This document shows, in pieces, positions 1 to 9,935 of a stretch of 64,000 nucleotides of DNA. Source of the stretch: Eubacteriales bacterium (GTDB lineage Bacteria > Bacillota > Clostridia > Oscillospirales > CAG-272); NCBI GenBank assembly GCA_045535095.1, contig JAZSKY010000042.1, positions 23,668-87,667 of the forward strand. The letters run 5' to 3'. The notes beneath the pieces were generated by a model that saw only the letters and a program-made list of their open reading frames with translations, searched no databases and was not told the origin of the DNA. Position numbers and translations under genes: made by a program. Positions within the stretch are counted from its first letter, which is position 1. Each line of letters opens with the position of its first letter.

Positions 1-2124
1 CCTGTTGCAGTACCGGTTGCAAAGCTCCCCGGCGGAGTAGTTATTAAGCCCGGTAAGCTTCGCGGAGTCGAGTCTGACGGTATGCTTTGCTCGATAGGCG
101 AGCTTGCACTCACCACCCACGATATGCCCGGCGCAGACGAAAACGGAATCTTCATAATGAACTCCTTCGTTTCCGAAAACGAGATCGGTAAGGATATAAA
201 GGACGTCCTTATGCTTTCCGATAAGTCGGTAGAGTTTGAGATCACCTCCAACCGTCCCGACTGCCTTTCGGTAATCGGTCTTGCAAGAGAGACCGCGGTC
301 AGCTTCGATAGAAAGCTTACTATCCCCACTCCCGAGGTAAAAGAGGGAAGCGGAGATATTTCCGAATATATTTCGGTTGACGTTGAGGACGCAGAGCTTT
401 GCCCCCGTTACAGCGCAAGAGTAATCAAGAACGTAAAGATCGAGCCCTCGCCTCTCTGGCTGAGAATGAGACTCCGCCCTTCGGGTGTCCGTCCGATCAA
501 TAATATCGTTGATATTACCAACTACGTTATGCTTGAGTACGGTCAGCCGATGCACGCGTTTGACTACGCAATGCTCGAGGGCAAGAAGATCGTAGTCCGC
601 CGCGCCGCAGAGGGCGAGAGCTTCAAGTCTCTTGACGATATCGACCATACCCTCAGTGCAAGCACCCTTGTTATTGCCGACGAAAAGAAGGCAGTAGCAC
701 TCGCAGGTGTTATGGGCGGAGCAAATAGCGAAATAAAGGATTCTACCACAACGGTAGTGTTCGAGTCTGCAAACTTCCTCGGCTCGTCTGTAAGACTTGC
801 CGCAAAGGCGCAGGGAATGAGAACCGAATCGAGCGGACGCTTTGAAAAGGGACTCGACCCCGAAAACACTATGGCGGCTCTTAACAGAGCGTGCGAGCTT
901 GTAAACCTTCTCGGAGCAGGCGAGGTAGTCGGCGGATATATCGACGTATATAAGAATAAGAAAGCGCCCACAACCGTTAAATTTGATGCGGCAAGAATCA
1001 ACGCATTCCTCGGAACAGAGGTCAGCGAGGATAAGATGCTCGAGATCCTTTCATCTCTCGGATGCAAGGTTGAAAACGGCGTGCTCACGTCTCCCTCCTA
1101 CCGCTCGGATATCGAGAATATGAACGATATTGCCGAGGAAATAGCAAGAATCTACGGATATAACAATATCCCGTCCACCCCCTTCAAGTGCGAGGTCAAG
1201 GCAGGAATGCTCACACCCAAGCAGGCGTATAAGGCAAGACTCCACAGTCTCCTTTGCTCGCTCGGAATCAGCCAGAGCGTGACCTTCTCCTTCGTATCTC
1301 CCAAGACTCTCGATACGATAAATCTCCCTGCAGACGCACCCGAAAGACGTCAGGTAGTTATCACTAACCCGCTTGGCGAGGATACCAGCGTTATGAGAAC
1401 GACTCTCATTCCGTCGGTACTCGGCGTTCTTGCAAGAAATAATAATCACCATTCGGATAGCGTTGCTCTCTATGAGCTCGGACATATTTATATCCCGAAT
1501 GAGGATATAAACGAGCTTCCAAATGAGCCTCTTAGACTCACCTTCGGATTCTACGGCAAGGGCGACTTCTATACTCTCAAGGGTATGGCAGAGGCGATCC
1601 TTACTGACGCGGGCATTGCAAAATACCGCTTCGCATCTGAGGCAAATAACCCGATCTTCCACCCCGGAAGATGCGCAAATATCATTGCAAGAGGCTTTGA
1701 GGTGGTCGGAACTATCGGTCAGATTCACCCGAAGGTTGCGGCAAATTACGGCTTTGACAGCCCCGTATATCTTGCCGATATCGACTTTGAAAAGCTCTTT
1801 AGCTTCTCAAGCTTCGATAAGCACTATAAGCCCCTTCCTAAGTATCCGCCCGTAGGACGTGACTTTGCGTTCATCTGCGATAAGGATACCGAGGCGGGAT
1901 CCATCGAGGACGTTATCCGCAAGGCGGCAGGCAAGCTCGTTGAGGAGGTCAGACTCTTTGACGTGTACGTCGGCGAGCGTCTCGGCGAGGGCAAGAAGAG
2001 CCTTGCATTCAGAGTAACCCTGCGCGCCGCAGACCACACTCTCACTGAGGACGAATGTGAAAAGACCTCTGCGAAGATCATCGCATCGGTTGAAAAGCAG
2101 CTCGGCATCAAGCTCAGAGGATAA
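1..2124 (+). CDS. pheT: Phenylalanine--tRNA ligase beta subunit, 5'-truncated by the window edge
   Basis: The frame is open from nt 1 (PVAVPVAKLPGGVVIKPGKLRGVESDGMLCS), which is the tRNA-binding domain motif. The B3/4, B5 and FDX-ACB regions follow. The stop is at 2124 and is followed by a terminator. Confidence 0.95.
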   Translation, partial: PVAVPVAKLPGGVVIKPGKLRGVESDGMLCSIGELALTTHDMPGADENGIFIMNSFVSENEIGKDIKDVLMLSDKSVEFEITSNRPDCLSVIGLARETAVSFDRKLTIPTPEVKEGSGDISEYISVDVEDAELCPRYSARVIKNVKIEPSPLWLRMRLRPSGVRPINNIVDITNYVMLEYGQPMHAFDYAMLEGKKIVVRRAAEGESFKSLDDIDHTLSASTLVIADEKKAVALAGVMGGANSEIKDSTTTVVFESANFLGSSVRLAAKAQGMRTESSGRFEKGLDPENTMAALNRACELVNLLGAGEVVGGYIDVYKNKKAPTTVKFDAARINAFLGTEVSEDKMLEILSSLGCKVENGVLTSPSYRSDIENMNDIAEEIARIYGYNNIPSTPFKCEVKAGMLTPKQAYKARLHSLLCSLGISQSVTFSFVSPKTLDTINLPADAPERRQVVITNPLGEDTSVMRTTLIPSVLGVLARNNNHHSDSVALYELGHIYIPNEDINELPNEPLRLTFGFYGKGDFYTLKGMAEAILTDAGIAKYRFASEANNPIFHPGRCANIIARGFEVVGTIGQIHPKVAANYGFDSPVYLADIDFEKLFSFSSFDKHYKPLPKYPPVGRDFAFICDKDTEAGSIEDVIRKAAGKLVEEVRLFDVYVGERLGEGKKSLAFRVTLRAADHTLTEDECEKTSAKIIASVEKQLGIKLRG

Positions 2125-2130
2125 AAGAAT

Positions 2131-2163
2131 AAAAAGCCAAGTCAAACGACTTGGCTTTTTTTA
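2131..2163. terminator. Rho-independent terminator after pheT, bidirectional in shape
   Basis: Stem aagccaagtc / gacttggctt with loop aaac. It has an A-run upstream and a T-run downstream. Confidence 0.85.
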
Positions 2164-2183
2164 TGAATAATGAATAATTTCGG

Positions 2184-2972
2184 TCACTCCCCGAGAATAT
2201 TGAACGCCGTTTTGAGACTGACGAGTCTGTAAGATGCTATTGTCTCTCCCATACCGAGTATCCGCTCGTTTTCCTGAATGTATGCGTTAGGATGTAAAAC
2301 GAGGATCAAAGCGTCACTCTCGCAAATCTCACCGATGTCGCGCTGTACCTTGCGCCCTAAAAACGAAGGCCCGATGCGAGGAAAGAGTCCCTCGGTGTCC
2401 TCCTCAAACCGCTCGACGTCGCGTATGTTTTCGATCATATACGCCTTGCCGTTGCCGAATTTCTGCGAGGTGACCGTGCTTCTTCCAAAGATGTAACGCA
2501 CCGATTCAACAGAGCCGAGAATCCCGACCGTTATGCGCTTTTTCGGGCTTTTCACAAAGATATTATATGGCGTGCGCGATCCGCAGAAAATACATTTGAG
2601 AAGGCTTACGTCAGACTCACATTCGCCGTTCTTAATAAGAGAGCGCACGCGCGCATAGAGACGAAGTCGGATAAAAAGATATTTCGCTGTCGGAAGAATG
2701 TGTCCGAAGAAAAGGGAAACGCCCCAGAGCGCCCACATAAAGAAGAGACGCACGTCCGAATATATCGCAATGGCCGAGAGAAACAGTATGGGAAATATCA
2801 GTAAAAGGTCCTTGTAAAAGCCGAAGCGGAAAAGGAAAAAAATCCTTCGTCTGAAATAGGTGTAAAGGACGAAAATTACCGATACAAAAAGAAAAAGCGC
2901 TGTAAATCTCGGGTAAATATACGCAAGGACGATAAGCGCAGTGTGAAATAAAAGTCCTAAAACAGAAAGCAT
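2184..2972 (-). CDS. Hypothetical membrane protein: N-terminal multi-TM region plus a soluble C-terminal domain
   Basis: 262-aa ORF with a hydrophobic N-terminal half. It does not overlap a better gene. I recognise no family. Confidence 0.6.
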   Translation of the reverse strand: MLSVLGLLFHTALIVLAYIYPRFTALFLFVSVIFVLYTYFRRRIFFLFRFGFYKDLLLIFPILFLSAIAIYSDVRLFFMWALWGVSLFFGHILPTAKYLFIRLRLYARVRSLIKNGECESDVSLLKCIFCGSRTPYNIFVKSPKKRITVGILGSVESVRYIFGRSTVTSQKFGNGKAYMIENIRDVERFEEDTEGLFPRIGPSFLGRKVQRDIGEICESDALILVLHPNAYIQENERILGMGETIASYRLVSLKTAFNILGE

Positions 2973-3065
2973 AAAAGCTCCTTTTGTACCTGAAAATATG
3001 GCTTACAAAGTGATTATAGCATAAAAATATGAAATTTTCAACATTTGAGAAAAACTTATAAAAAA

Positions 3066-3097
3066 GGTCTCCGCCATTTTGACGGAGACCGATTTTT
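3066..3097 (-). terminator. Terminator downstream of the flippase gene
   Basis: Stem ggtctccg / cggagacc flanked by A- and T-runs, immediately after the stop at 3096. Confidence 0.75.
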
Positions 3098-4628
3098 ATT
3101 TCTTGAATATCTTCTTTATCGGACCAAGCACGAGATCCTTCTCGTAGGCGTTCATTCCGAAAAGCCACATAGACGCGCAGTAGATAGCACTGTAAATTGC
3201 AATGCAGCCTACAAGGACTATAAGGCTTCCCATATTTACAAATTTCATCATCAGAATGCCCACAGCTATCGGGATAATAAGTCCTGCCGAAAGACGAATT
3301 ATGCTCTTCCAGAAGGCTATCATATTAACAAAGCAACGCTTGTGATAAAAGACGTTCATTATAAATCCGTTCGCGAGGACTACCGAAACTGCAGTACCGA
3401 ACGCGCTTCCGACCGCTCCGTATATCTGACAGAGATATATCGAAAGTCCGAGATTTATAAGCGCCATTATGATATAAACCACCGAGCGGAACTGATGTCT
3501 GTTGAGCGCTCTCTGCGTCTCAATTCCGATGTTCTGAATAAGGGGTACCGTCGAGGGAATTATCAAAAGAAGGGCAACGTAGTAGGAGTCGCCGTACGAC
3601 TCGCTGCCCGTCCAGAAATAGATAAATTCACTGCCGAAGAAGATAACACCGGTGCAGAGAAGCATCAGAATAAGGTACTGTATTCGTCCGACCTTAATAA
3701 AAAGCGCGGTGAGCGTGTCCGTCATCTTCCGTGCGTCGTCTCTGAAGTCGTTTATGATTCGGTGTATCATAGGCGTAAATACGCTTGAAATCGAGGTAGA
3801 GAAGGTCTGGTAGTAGTGATGCAGCGAATATCCTATCGTGTAAACAGAAACGGCTGTCGTACCCTTGAAGCGTCCGAGAAGGACCTTGTCGATGTTGAGG
3901 TTTATCTGGTCAACTATCATATTGAGCGCGATAAACGCCGAATATGCGAATAGACTGCTGAATATTCCTTTTTCGGGGAGACCGATGATAAATCGCTGCT
4001 TGAGTACGCCTAAAACGTAGAAAAGGTAGATTCCGTCAACGATTATCGAAAGAGCGAGTGAAACGCTTACCATTGCAATAGACTTGTGTCCGTTCAAAAG
4101 AAGGATAATGGTAAGCATCGGGCTGATTACCGTTCTCGCGATGCCGAGAAGCTTAAGGAAAACGAATTTTTCGTGCGCCGAGATGATGTTTGCGAACACT
4201 CCCATAGGGAAGGAGAGGGCAAGAGACGCGGTGAGAATCAGCATAAGCACTCTTGCTATTTCGTATTCGCGAGCGGTAAGACCGCTGTCGAATATCGCGT
4301 GGAGATTTGCCGTCAAAAAGAGGCCGCAAACGAGTACTATCGCACCGATTATCGAGAAAAGAAGCAAGAACAGACCGTTTAGCTTGTTTAGTGACTCGGT
4401 ATCGTTGTTTCGTTTGTACTTGCTGTAATATCTGATATAACCGCTGTTGAATCCGAGATTCAGTATCGACATCATCGAGATAGTGGACGATGCTATATTG
4501 TATAGACCGTACTCGCTCTCACCGAGGAGCCTCAGCATCACAGGAGTATAAATTATACTTATAATGATGCTGACTGCCATCTGAACGTATGAAAGTATAG
4601 AGCCGATCTTTCGCTGGTTTAAATTCAT
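3096..4628 (-). CDS. Polysaccharide/oligosaccharide flippase, Wzx-like MOP superfamily
   Basis: 510 aa and polytopic. The N-terminus (SILSYVQMAVSIIISIIYTPVMLRLLGESEYGLYNIA) is typical of polysaccharide biosynthesis flippases. Confidence 0.8.
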   Translation of the reverse strand: MNLNQRKIGSILSYVQMAVSIIISIIYTPVMLRLLGESEYGLYNIASSTISMMSILNLGFNSGYIRYYSKYKRNNDTESLNKLNGLFLLLFSIIGAIVLVCGLFLTANLHAIFDSGLTAREYEIARVLMLILTASLALSFPMGVFANIISAHEKFVFLKLLGIARTVISPMLTIILLLNGHKSIAMVSVSLALSIIVDGIYLFYVLGVLKQRFIIGLPEKGIFSSLFAYSAFIALNMIVDQINLNIDKVLLGRFKGTTAVSVYTIGYSLHHYYQTFSTSISSVFTPMIHRIINDFRDDARKMTDTLTALFIKVGRIQYLILMLLCTGVIFFGSEFIYFWTGSESYGDSYYVALLLIIPSTVPLIQNIGIETQRALNRHQFRSVVYIIMALINLGLSIYLCQIYGAVGSAFGTAVSVVLANGFIMNVFYHKRCFVNMIAFWKSIIRLSAGLIIPIAVGILMMKFVNMGSLIVLVGCIAIYSAIYCASMWLFGMNAYEKDLVLGPIKKIFKK

Positions 4629-4742
4629 AAATACACCTTTTGGGAAAATATTTGTATATCCATATTATGATACCATATATTACGGATAAAGTCAATAGCA
4701 AAGAGAGAATGTTTATATTTATAAAAAATATTTTTGCTTTGC

Positions 4743-4771
4743 TTGACAATCGCGCGATTGTATGATATAAT
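4743..4771 (+). promoter_or_regulatory. Sigma-A type promoter
   Basis: TTGACA (4743-4748), a 17-nt spacer, then TATAAT (4766-4771). Confidence 0.7.
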
Positions 4772-4809
4772 CACACACAGTTAAAATGCGTAAAGTGAAA
4801 GGCAAAAAT

Positions 4810-5394
4810 ATGAAATACACGATAAATACCGGTCTTATCCCGGGTACGGTTCTCAAAAAAAGCGATTATAGCGGAATTTCCGGCAAGGACTTTCTTGATA
4901 AGATATATTTCTTCTCAGGCGGACTTATGCTGAGTCAGGTAAGGGAAGTATCGGGTGTTGACGGCTCGACCCTGCAAAACTGGGTCAAGCGCGGCTGGCT
5001 TGGAAATACGGTCAATAAGAAATACTCTAAGGAGCAGCTTGCGAGAATACTCATTATAAATATGATGAAAAGCAGTATGATGCTCGAAAAGATAGATTTC
5101 ATTCTGCACTATATAAACGGTGAGATCGAGGACGCAAGCGACGATATTATCTCCGAGTCCGAGCTTTACGGATATATCTGCGATATATGTGAAAGATACA
5201 CCGAGGCGGGACTTAGCGAGCCGAGTGAGCTTCGTAAAACGATCAGCGACTTCACCGACGAAAACTATACAGAGCCCTTTGAGGGCGCAAAAAAGAGACT
5301 TGACAGCGCGCTTGAAATAATCATCGCGGCATACTTTGCGTCAAGCGTTGCAAGCTTTGCAAACGAGCTTTTCGGCGGACTTGAAAAACGATGA
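4810..5394 (+). CDS. DUF1836-like putative DNA-binding protein
   Basis: The motif LSQVREVSGVDGSTLQNWVKRGWL...KKYSKEQLARILIINMMK resembles DUF1836/MerR-like HTH proteins. I moved the start to ATG 4810, which has an AAAGG RBS. ATG 4786 lies only about 8 nt from the predicted TSS. Confidence 0.65.
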   Translation: MKYTINTGLIPGTVLKKSDYSGISGKDFLDKIYFFSGGLMLSQVREVSGVDGSTLQNWVKRGWLGNTVNKKYSKEQLARILIINMMKSSMMLEKIDFILHYINGEIEDASDDIISESELYGYICDICERYTEAGLSEPSELRKTISDFTDENYTEPFEGAKKRLDSALEIIIAAYFASSVASFANELFGGLEKR

Positions 5395-7121
5395 GAGATA
5401 ATACCGTAAATGGCAAAAGCGGTGTTGTTTCAAACGGAAAGCTTATCGTTTATACAAACGGCCTAAAAATGTCCGAGATAAGAGGCTTTGGAAGCAGAGC
5501 GCTTCTCTCGGTGCTTCCCGTGCTGTCCGAGAGCTTTTATGACACCGAGGAAATATTTGATACAAACGCAAACAGCTATCACCAAAGCGTGTTTTCCAAA
5601 AGACATAAATTAACACAAAACTCTGAAAAGATAACAGAAATCTTCCAAAGCGCCCGTATTTGCGGCAAATTTTCGCAAGGCGGCGCTTTTGTTTGCGAGG
5701 TAGAGACGCTCAGTCCGATCGAGATAAATCTGGTCTCTCCGCCTTACGTGGAGACGGCGTTTTACCAAAATTACCGCATCGGATCAAGGGAAAAGAACGC
5801 CCTTCTTCTGAGAGAAGCGAGCGGCGAAAAGGGAATACTCGTCACCCTCTGCGGCGACGCCCGCTTTTCAGAAAACGGAGAGTCTGTGACACTCTTGCGC
5901 GGATTTTCAAGGATGATCTTCGCATTCGGCGAGGGCGAGGAGCGTATAAGATCGTCGCGTATCGCGATGCCTCCAAAATACTCGCCTGACGCGGTAAAAT
6001 ATACAAGCGACACACCTCTTTGCGACGAGCTTTTACATATTCTTCTCTCGCATCAGTCTGACTGCGGCGGAGTTTTGGCATCGAGAAACGAGACCCTGTT
6101 CAGAATGGATAGCGTGCGTATGATCGTGAACGCATTTCTGAAATACGGAAACACCGAAAACGCCCGCGCTCTGCTCGGATTTTTCTGCGAAAGATTTGCC
6201 TCTGACGGTGCGTTTTACCAGATCTATTCTGCCGAGACTCTTCGCGGAAAGCGTCATTTTTGCGACTCTTCTCTCGGCTGCGCAGGTCTTGCTTCGGCAA
6301 TGCTTGACTATGCCAAAATAAGTGGAGATAACTCACTTTTAAAGAAAAACATCAAGATGATGCGAAGTGCGCTCTACGCGCAGTTTGACGCACTCACAAA
6401 CGGAGTAATGCCGTTTTCGGGTGCGGAGACCGAGCTTTCAGACTCGCTCGTCAGTATAAGAAGCAGGGAATACGCATCGCTTGAAGCAACCCTCTCGTTT
6501 GCCGAGTCAGTTCTCGATTTTTGCGACTACTGTGAGGAAAATGGGATAAAGCTTCCACACGATAACGGAAGCGCCGCAAGACGCGGCAGAGCGATCCTTG
6601 ACGGCGTATCCGAGAATTTTATAAGAGACGGAGAGCCCTCTCTTTCCTCGATCGAAAGGAAAATAAGGCTTCCTCGCTTTTCGCACGGCGAGTGTGAGAT
6701 CTGCAGTAGAAAATTCTCACGTATATACTACGGAGAGCTTGAGCTTACAAGCGAAAATACGTACGCCTGTCCGCGATGCTACGCAGCCTTCACCCCCTCG
6801 GACGAAAGAGCGGATATTACGGAAGGCAACTCCTTTTCAACCCTTGCCGCCGCGATTCTGCTCTCAAGCGAGCGATTTGTAAAATCGTACGGAGCAAAAG
6901 AGTCGAAAAAGATGCTCGAGAGAGCGCTTCTCGTAAGGAAAAACGGAGGCGATATGACGAGCGTGCGCGCCGACTGTCTCCTTCTTCTTTCAGCAAGAAA
7001 ACTCGGACTTGATGCCGATTTTCTGGAAAGCGAAATAAAAAGTCAGGCTGAGTGCGGACGCCTTGCCGGAGAGTCGTTTGACACGAAAACCGTTGCGTCG
7101 CTCCTTCTTGCACTTGAATAA
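5391..7121 (+). CDS. Hypothetical 576-aa protein, possibly an (alpha/alpha)6 six-hairpin-like core with an inserted CxxC...CxxC zinc ribbon
   Basis: Long ORF whose ATG overlaps the upstream stop (ATGA). It contains the Cys pairs CEIC...CPRC. The fold assignment is only an impression from a helix-rich central region. Confidence 0.6.
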   Translation: MRDNTVNGKSGVVSNGKLIVYTNGLKMSEIRGFGSRALLSVLPVLSESFYDTEEIFDTNANSYHQSVFSKRHKLTQNSEKITEIFQSARICGKFSQGGAFVCEVETLSPIEINLVSPPYVETAFYQNYRIGSREKNALLLREASGEKGILVTLCGDARFSENGESVTLLRGFSRMIFAFGEGEERIRSSRIAMPPKYSPDAVKYTSDTPLCDELLHILLSHQSDCGGVLASRNETLFRMDSVRMIVNAFLKYGNTENARALLGFFCERFASDGAFYQIYSAETLRGKRHFCDSSLGCAGLASAMLDYAKISGDNSLLKKNIKMMRSALYAQFDALTNGVMPFSGAETELSDSLVSIRSREYASLEATLSFAESVLDFCDYCEENGIKLPHDNGSAARRGRAILDGVSENFIRDGEPSLSSIERKIRLPRFSHGECEICSRKFSRIYYGELELTSENTYACPRCYAAFTPSDERADITEGNSFSTLAAAILLSSERFVKSYGAKESKKMLERALLVRKNGGDMTSVRADCLLLLSARKLGLDADFLESEIKSQAECGRLAGESFDTKTVASLLLALE

Positions 7122-7123
7122 AT

Positions 7124-7158
7124 AAAAGCGAGGAATTTTGCAATTCCTCGCTTTTTTC
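7124..7158. terminator. Bidirectional terminator between convergent genes
   Basis: Stem agcgaggaatt / aattcctcgct, flanked by A- and T-runs. Confidence 0.85.
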
Positions 7159-7161
7159 ATT

Positions 7162-7500
7162 TTAAACGATCTTCTCGCCGAGACACTTTCCGCCGAGTAT
7201 GTGGAAGTGCAGATGCTGTACGCTCTGGCAAGCGTCCTCTCCGCAGTTGGATATAACTCTGTATCCCTTTGTGAGTCCCGCCTCGGATGCGATCTTCGGA
7301 ATAGCGGCGAATATCTTTGCGATAACGTCAGCGTTTTCGGGGGTGATGCCGTCCATCGAGGGAATGTGCATCTTGGGAATTATAAGAATGTGTACGGGCG
7401 CCTGGGGAGCGATGTCGTAGAATGCGAAAACGCTCTCGTCCTCATATACCTTGTTTGCAGGAATGTCGCCGTTTATTATTTTACAAAAAAGACAGTTCAT
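7162..7500 (-). CDS. HIT family (histidine triad) nucleotide hydrolase
   Basis: 112 aa containing the HLHFHILGG histidine triad motif. Confidence 0.9.
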   Translation of the reverse strand: MNCLFCKIINGDIPANKVYEDESVFAFYDIAPQAPVHILIIPKMHIPSMDGITPENADVIAKIFAAIPKIASEAGLTKGYRVISNCGEDACQSVQHLHFHILGGKCLGEKIV

Positions 7501-7684
7501 AGTTTAAAATCTCCTTGTTTTTTTATATTTTACCACAGAAGAAGCGCAAGTTCAAGTCCGCAGAGAAAATTTTGAAAATTTTTTTGAGTTTTCGGTAATA
7601 TCTATCAAGTTTTGCTGCACACGTTGACAAAAGAGTAAAAATATGCTACAATAAAGGCGAAAGAAAACCGAAAGGAGAAGGTGT

Positions 7685-8269
7685 ATGAACGGAAAACGCA
7701 AATGTAAGATCTTAAAAGAAATTCGCAAACAGATAGCAGAGCAGAATGATATTGAATTTATCACCTCTGAATGTACGCATAAGGGAACTTGCAAGGGTAC
7801 TTGTCCGAAATGCGAGGCAGAGGTAGTTTATCTTGAAAACGAGCTCAGAAAACGCGAAGCTCTCGGCAAAAGGGTGGTAGTTGCAGGACTTGCACTTTCT
7901 CTTGCCACAATGTCATTTGGATGTGCGGACACCCTCACAGATGATACTGATAGCAGCATAGATGATATGCAGGGCATTGCTGAGCGCAATCCTGATTTTA
8001 CCGAGCTTCTTTCTCTCAACGAAGCTGCAAGAAACGCCTATATTTCGGGCTTTGCGCAAAGCGAGCTGCGAAGAGCGTGGCAAAACGACGATGCGGTTCT
8101 TGGCGATGATCTCGATATCTTTTATATGTCCGCACAATATGAAGAATTTGAGATTCGTGTAACCTATGATGAAAACGGACGTGCGAAATCGATTGATATC
8201 ACGATTATATCGGAGCTTATGGGTGAGCCTGTGGACGAGTTTGTGGGCGATATTCCGCCCGAGCAGTAA
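7685..8269 (+). CDS. Hypothetical single-pass membrane protein with an N-terminal Cys-rich motif
   Basis: N-terminal C-x5-C-x3-C-x2-C (SECTHKGTCKGTCPKCEAE), then a TM segment (VVVAGLALSLATMSFGC) and an acidic extracytoplasmic domain. GGAGAAGG RBS. Confidence 0.65.
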   Translation: MNGKRKCKILKEIRKQIAEQNDIEFITSECTHKGTCKGTCPKCEAEVVYLENELRKREALGKRVVVAGLALSLATMSFGCADTLTDDTDSSIDDMQGIAERNPDFTELLSLNEAARNAYISGFAQSELRRAWQNDDAVLGDDLDIFYMSAQYEEFEIRVTYDENGRAKSIDITIISELMGEPVDEFVGDIPPEQ

Positions 8270-8273
8270 GGAT

Positions 8274-8891
8274 ATGGAAATAAGAGCGCCAATCGTCGGA
8301 TACTCACGCCATAGAATTGACACGGACGGGCAGGGAGTTACTACACTCGTTATATTTCACGGTTGCCCATTAAGATGTAAATGGTGCATAAATCCGTACA
8401 CATTTGATCCAAACACGAAATATACCCAAACCACACCCGTAGAGCTTTACGAAAAGCTTAAAGTTGACGATATCTATTTTCGCGCAAGCGGTGGCGGAGT
8501 CACCTTCGGCGGAGGAGAGCCTCTGCTTCGAGCTGAGTTCATAAAGGATTTTCGAGCAATATGCGGAGATGCTTGGAAAATCTGCGTAGAGACCTCACTT
8601 TCCGTGCCGTGGGAGAATGTTTCTCTTGCAAGCGAATGTGTCGATAAATTCTACGTTGACTGCAAGGACACAAGCCCCGAAATCTACCGTAGATATACGG
8701 GAAAGGATAACGCTATCGTCCTTGAAAATCTTGAAAAGCTGATCAAAAAAGTCGGACCCGAAAGGGTAGTTGTGAGACTTCCGCTTATCCCCGAGTTCAA
8801 CACAGACGAGGATAGGGAAAAGAGCAAAAAGCTTCTTTCGGAAATAGGAGTTTTGAACTTTGATCTGTTTAACTACGTAATAAAGCACTGA
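8274..8891 (+). CDS. Radical SAM protein, PflA/glycyl-radical-enzyme-activase-like
   Basis: GCPLRCKWCINP is a CxxxCxxC cluster motif, and GGGEPLL is also present. The start was moved to ATG 8274, 4 nt after the upstream stop. Confidence 0.8.
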   Translation: MEIRAPIVGYSRHRIDTDGQGVTTLVIFHGCPLRCKWCINPYTFDPNTKYTQTTPVELYEKLKVDDIYFRASGGGVTFGGGEPLLRAEFIKDFRAICGDAWKICVETSLSVPWENVSLASECVDKFYVDCKDTSPEIYRRYTGKDNAIVLENLEKLIKKVGPERVVVRLPLIPEFNTDEDREKSKKLLSEIGVLNFDLFNYVIKH

Positions 8892-8903
8892 AAGTGCAAA
8901 AAT

Positions 8904-8946
8904 ATCGGTGTCAGGAGAAATTTTCCACTTGACACCGAATTTTTTA
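8904..8946 (+). terminator. Terminator after the radical SAM gene
   Basis: Stem tcggtgtcagg / cttgacaccga with one mismatch, followed by a T-run. Confidence 0.7.
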
Positions 8947-8957
8947 TGTGCTATAAT
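8929..8957 (+). promoter_or_regulatory. Sigma-A type promoter overlapping the preceding terminator
   Basis: TTGACA (8929-8934), a 17-nt spacer, then TATAAT (8952-8957). Confidence 0.65.
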
Positions 8958-9003
8958 AACTTGAATAATTATATTTATAATATCTTTTAAAGGAGTACCC
9001 AAA

Positions 9004-9204
9004 ATGAAAGTAACTAAAGATTCCATAATCGGCGACGTTCTCAGAGCAGACGTTTCGACCGCTAAATATTTCCTCGAGATAGGTATGCACTGTCTCGGAT
9101 GCCCCTCTGCAACAGGCGAGTCTATCGAGATGGCTTGCGCAGTACACGGCGTAAACGCAGACGAGCTTGTGGACAAGCTCAACGCACACTTTGCCGCTAA
9201 ATAA
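9004..9204 (+). CDS. DUF1858-like small redox-disulfide protein
   Basis: 66 aa containing GMHCLGCP, typical of the hybrid-cluster-associated disulfide protein family. Confidence 0.75.
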   Translation: MKVTKDSIIGDVLRADVSTAKYFLEIGMHCLGCPSATGESIEMACAVHGVNADELVDKLNAHFAAK

Positions 9205-9206
9205 TC

Positions 9207-9920
9207 TTGATGATAAACAAAAACAGATCGTTTCCGCTCCCCGATCTCTCAAAGAGACTTTCGGAGGTGGCGAAATTCGTACGCACCGATTCGGTCGTTG
9301 CCGATGTCGGCACAGACCACGCGTATCTGCCGATATACCTTTTAAAAACGGGAGTCGCAAGACGCGCGGTCGCAACGGACGTCAGGGAAGGACCGCTCGT
9401 TCACGCAAGAGATAACGTCGCTTTCTATAACGTCGGTGATGCGGTAACTATCTACCGCGCGGACGGTCTTTGCGGTATAGACGCACACACCCCCGACGAT
9501 ATTATGATCTGCGGAATGGGTGGCGAGCTGATACTCCGCATAGTCACCGAGTGCGACTATACGAAAAAAGAGGGAGTCAGACTCCTTCTTCAGCCGCAGT
9601 CCTCGTTTGCAGAAATGCGAGACGGACTCTGCGAGGCGGGATATAGCATAATAGACGAATCTCTCGTTCGTGACGGTCACATGATCTATCAGGTAGCCGT
9701 TTTCGAATATACCGGAGAAAAAAGGTCGCTCACACCTGCCGAGGCGCTTCTCGGACCGAAAAATATCGAAAAGGGCGGCGATCTCTTTTGCGAATATGCG
9801 TCTATCCATCTTCGCAAGCTTGGTCGCAAGATAGCCTCAAAGGGAGGCGCAGGATACGACGTTTCTCCCGATATTGCGCTCGTGGGTGAAATAGAGGCGC
9901 TTGTCGGAGATAAAAAATAA
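9207..9920 (+). CDS. trmK: tRNA (adenine22-N1)-methyltransferase
   Basis: Contains ADVGTDHAYLPIYL and ICGMGGELI motifs and is followed by a NIF3 gene, as in the yqfN-yqfO arrangement. The start is TTG 9207 or ATG 9210. Confidence 0.85.
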   Translation: MMINKNRSFPLPDLSKRLSEVAKFVRTDSVVADVGTDHAYLPIYLLKTGVARRAVATDVREGPLVHARDNVAFYNVGDAVTIYRADGLCGIDAHTPDDIMICGMGGELILRIVTECDYTKKEGVRLLLQPQSSFAEMRDGLCEAGYSIIDESLVRDGHMIYQVAVFEYTGEKRSLTPAEALLGPKNIEKGGDLFCEYASIHLRKLGRKIASKGGAGYDVSPDIALVGEIEALVGDKK

Positions 9921-9935
9921 ACGGAGGATTTTGAA

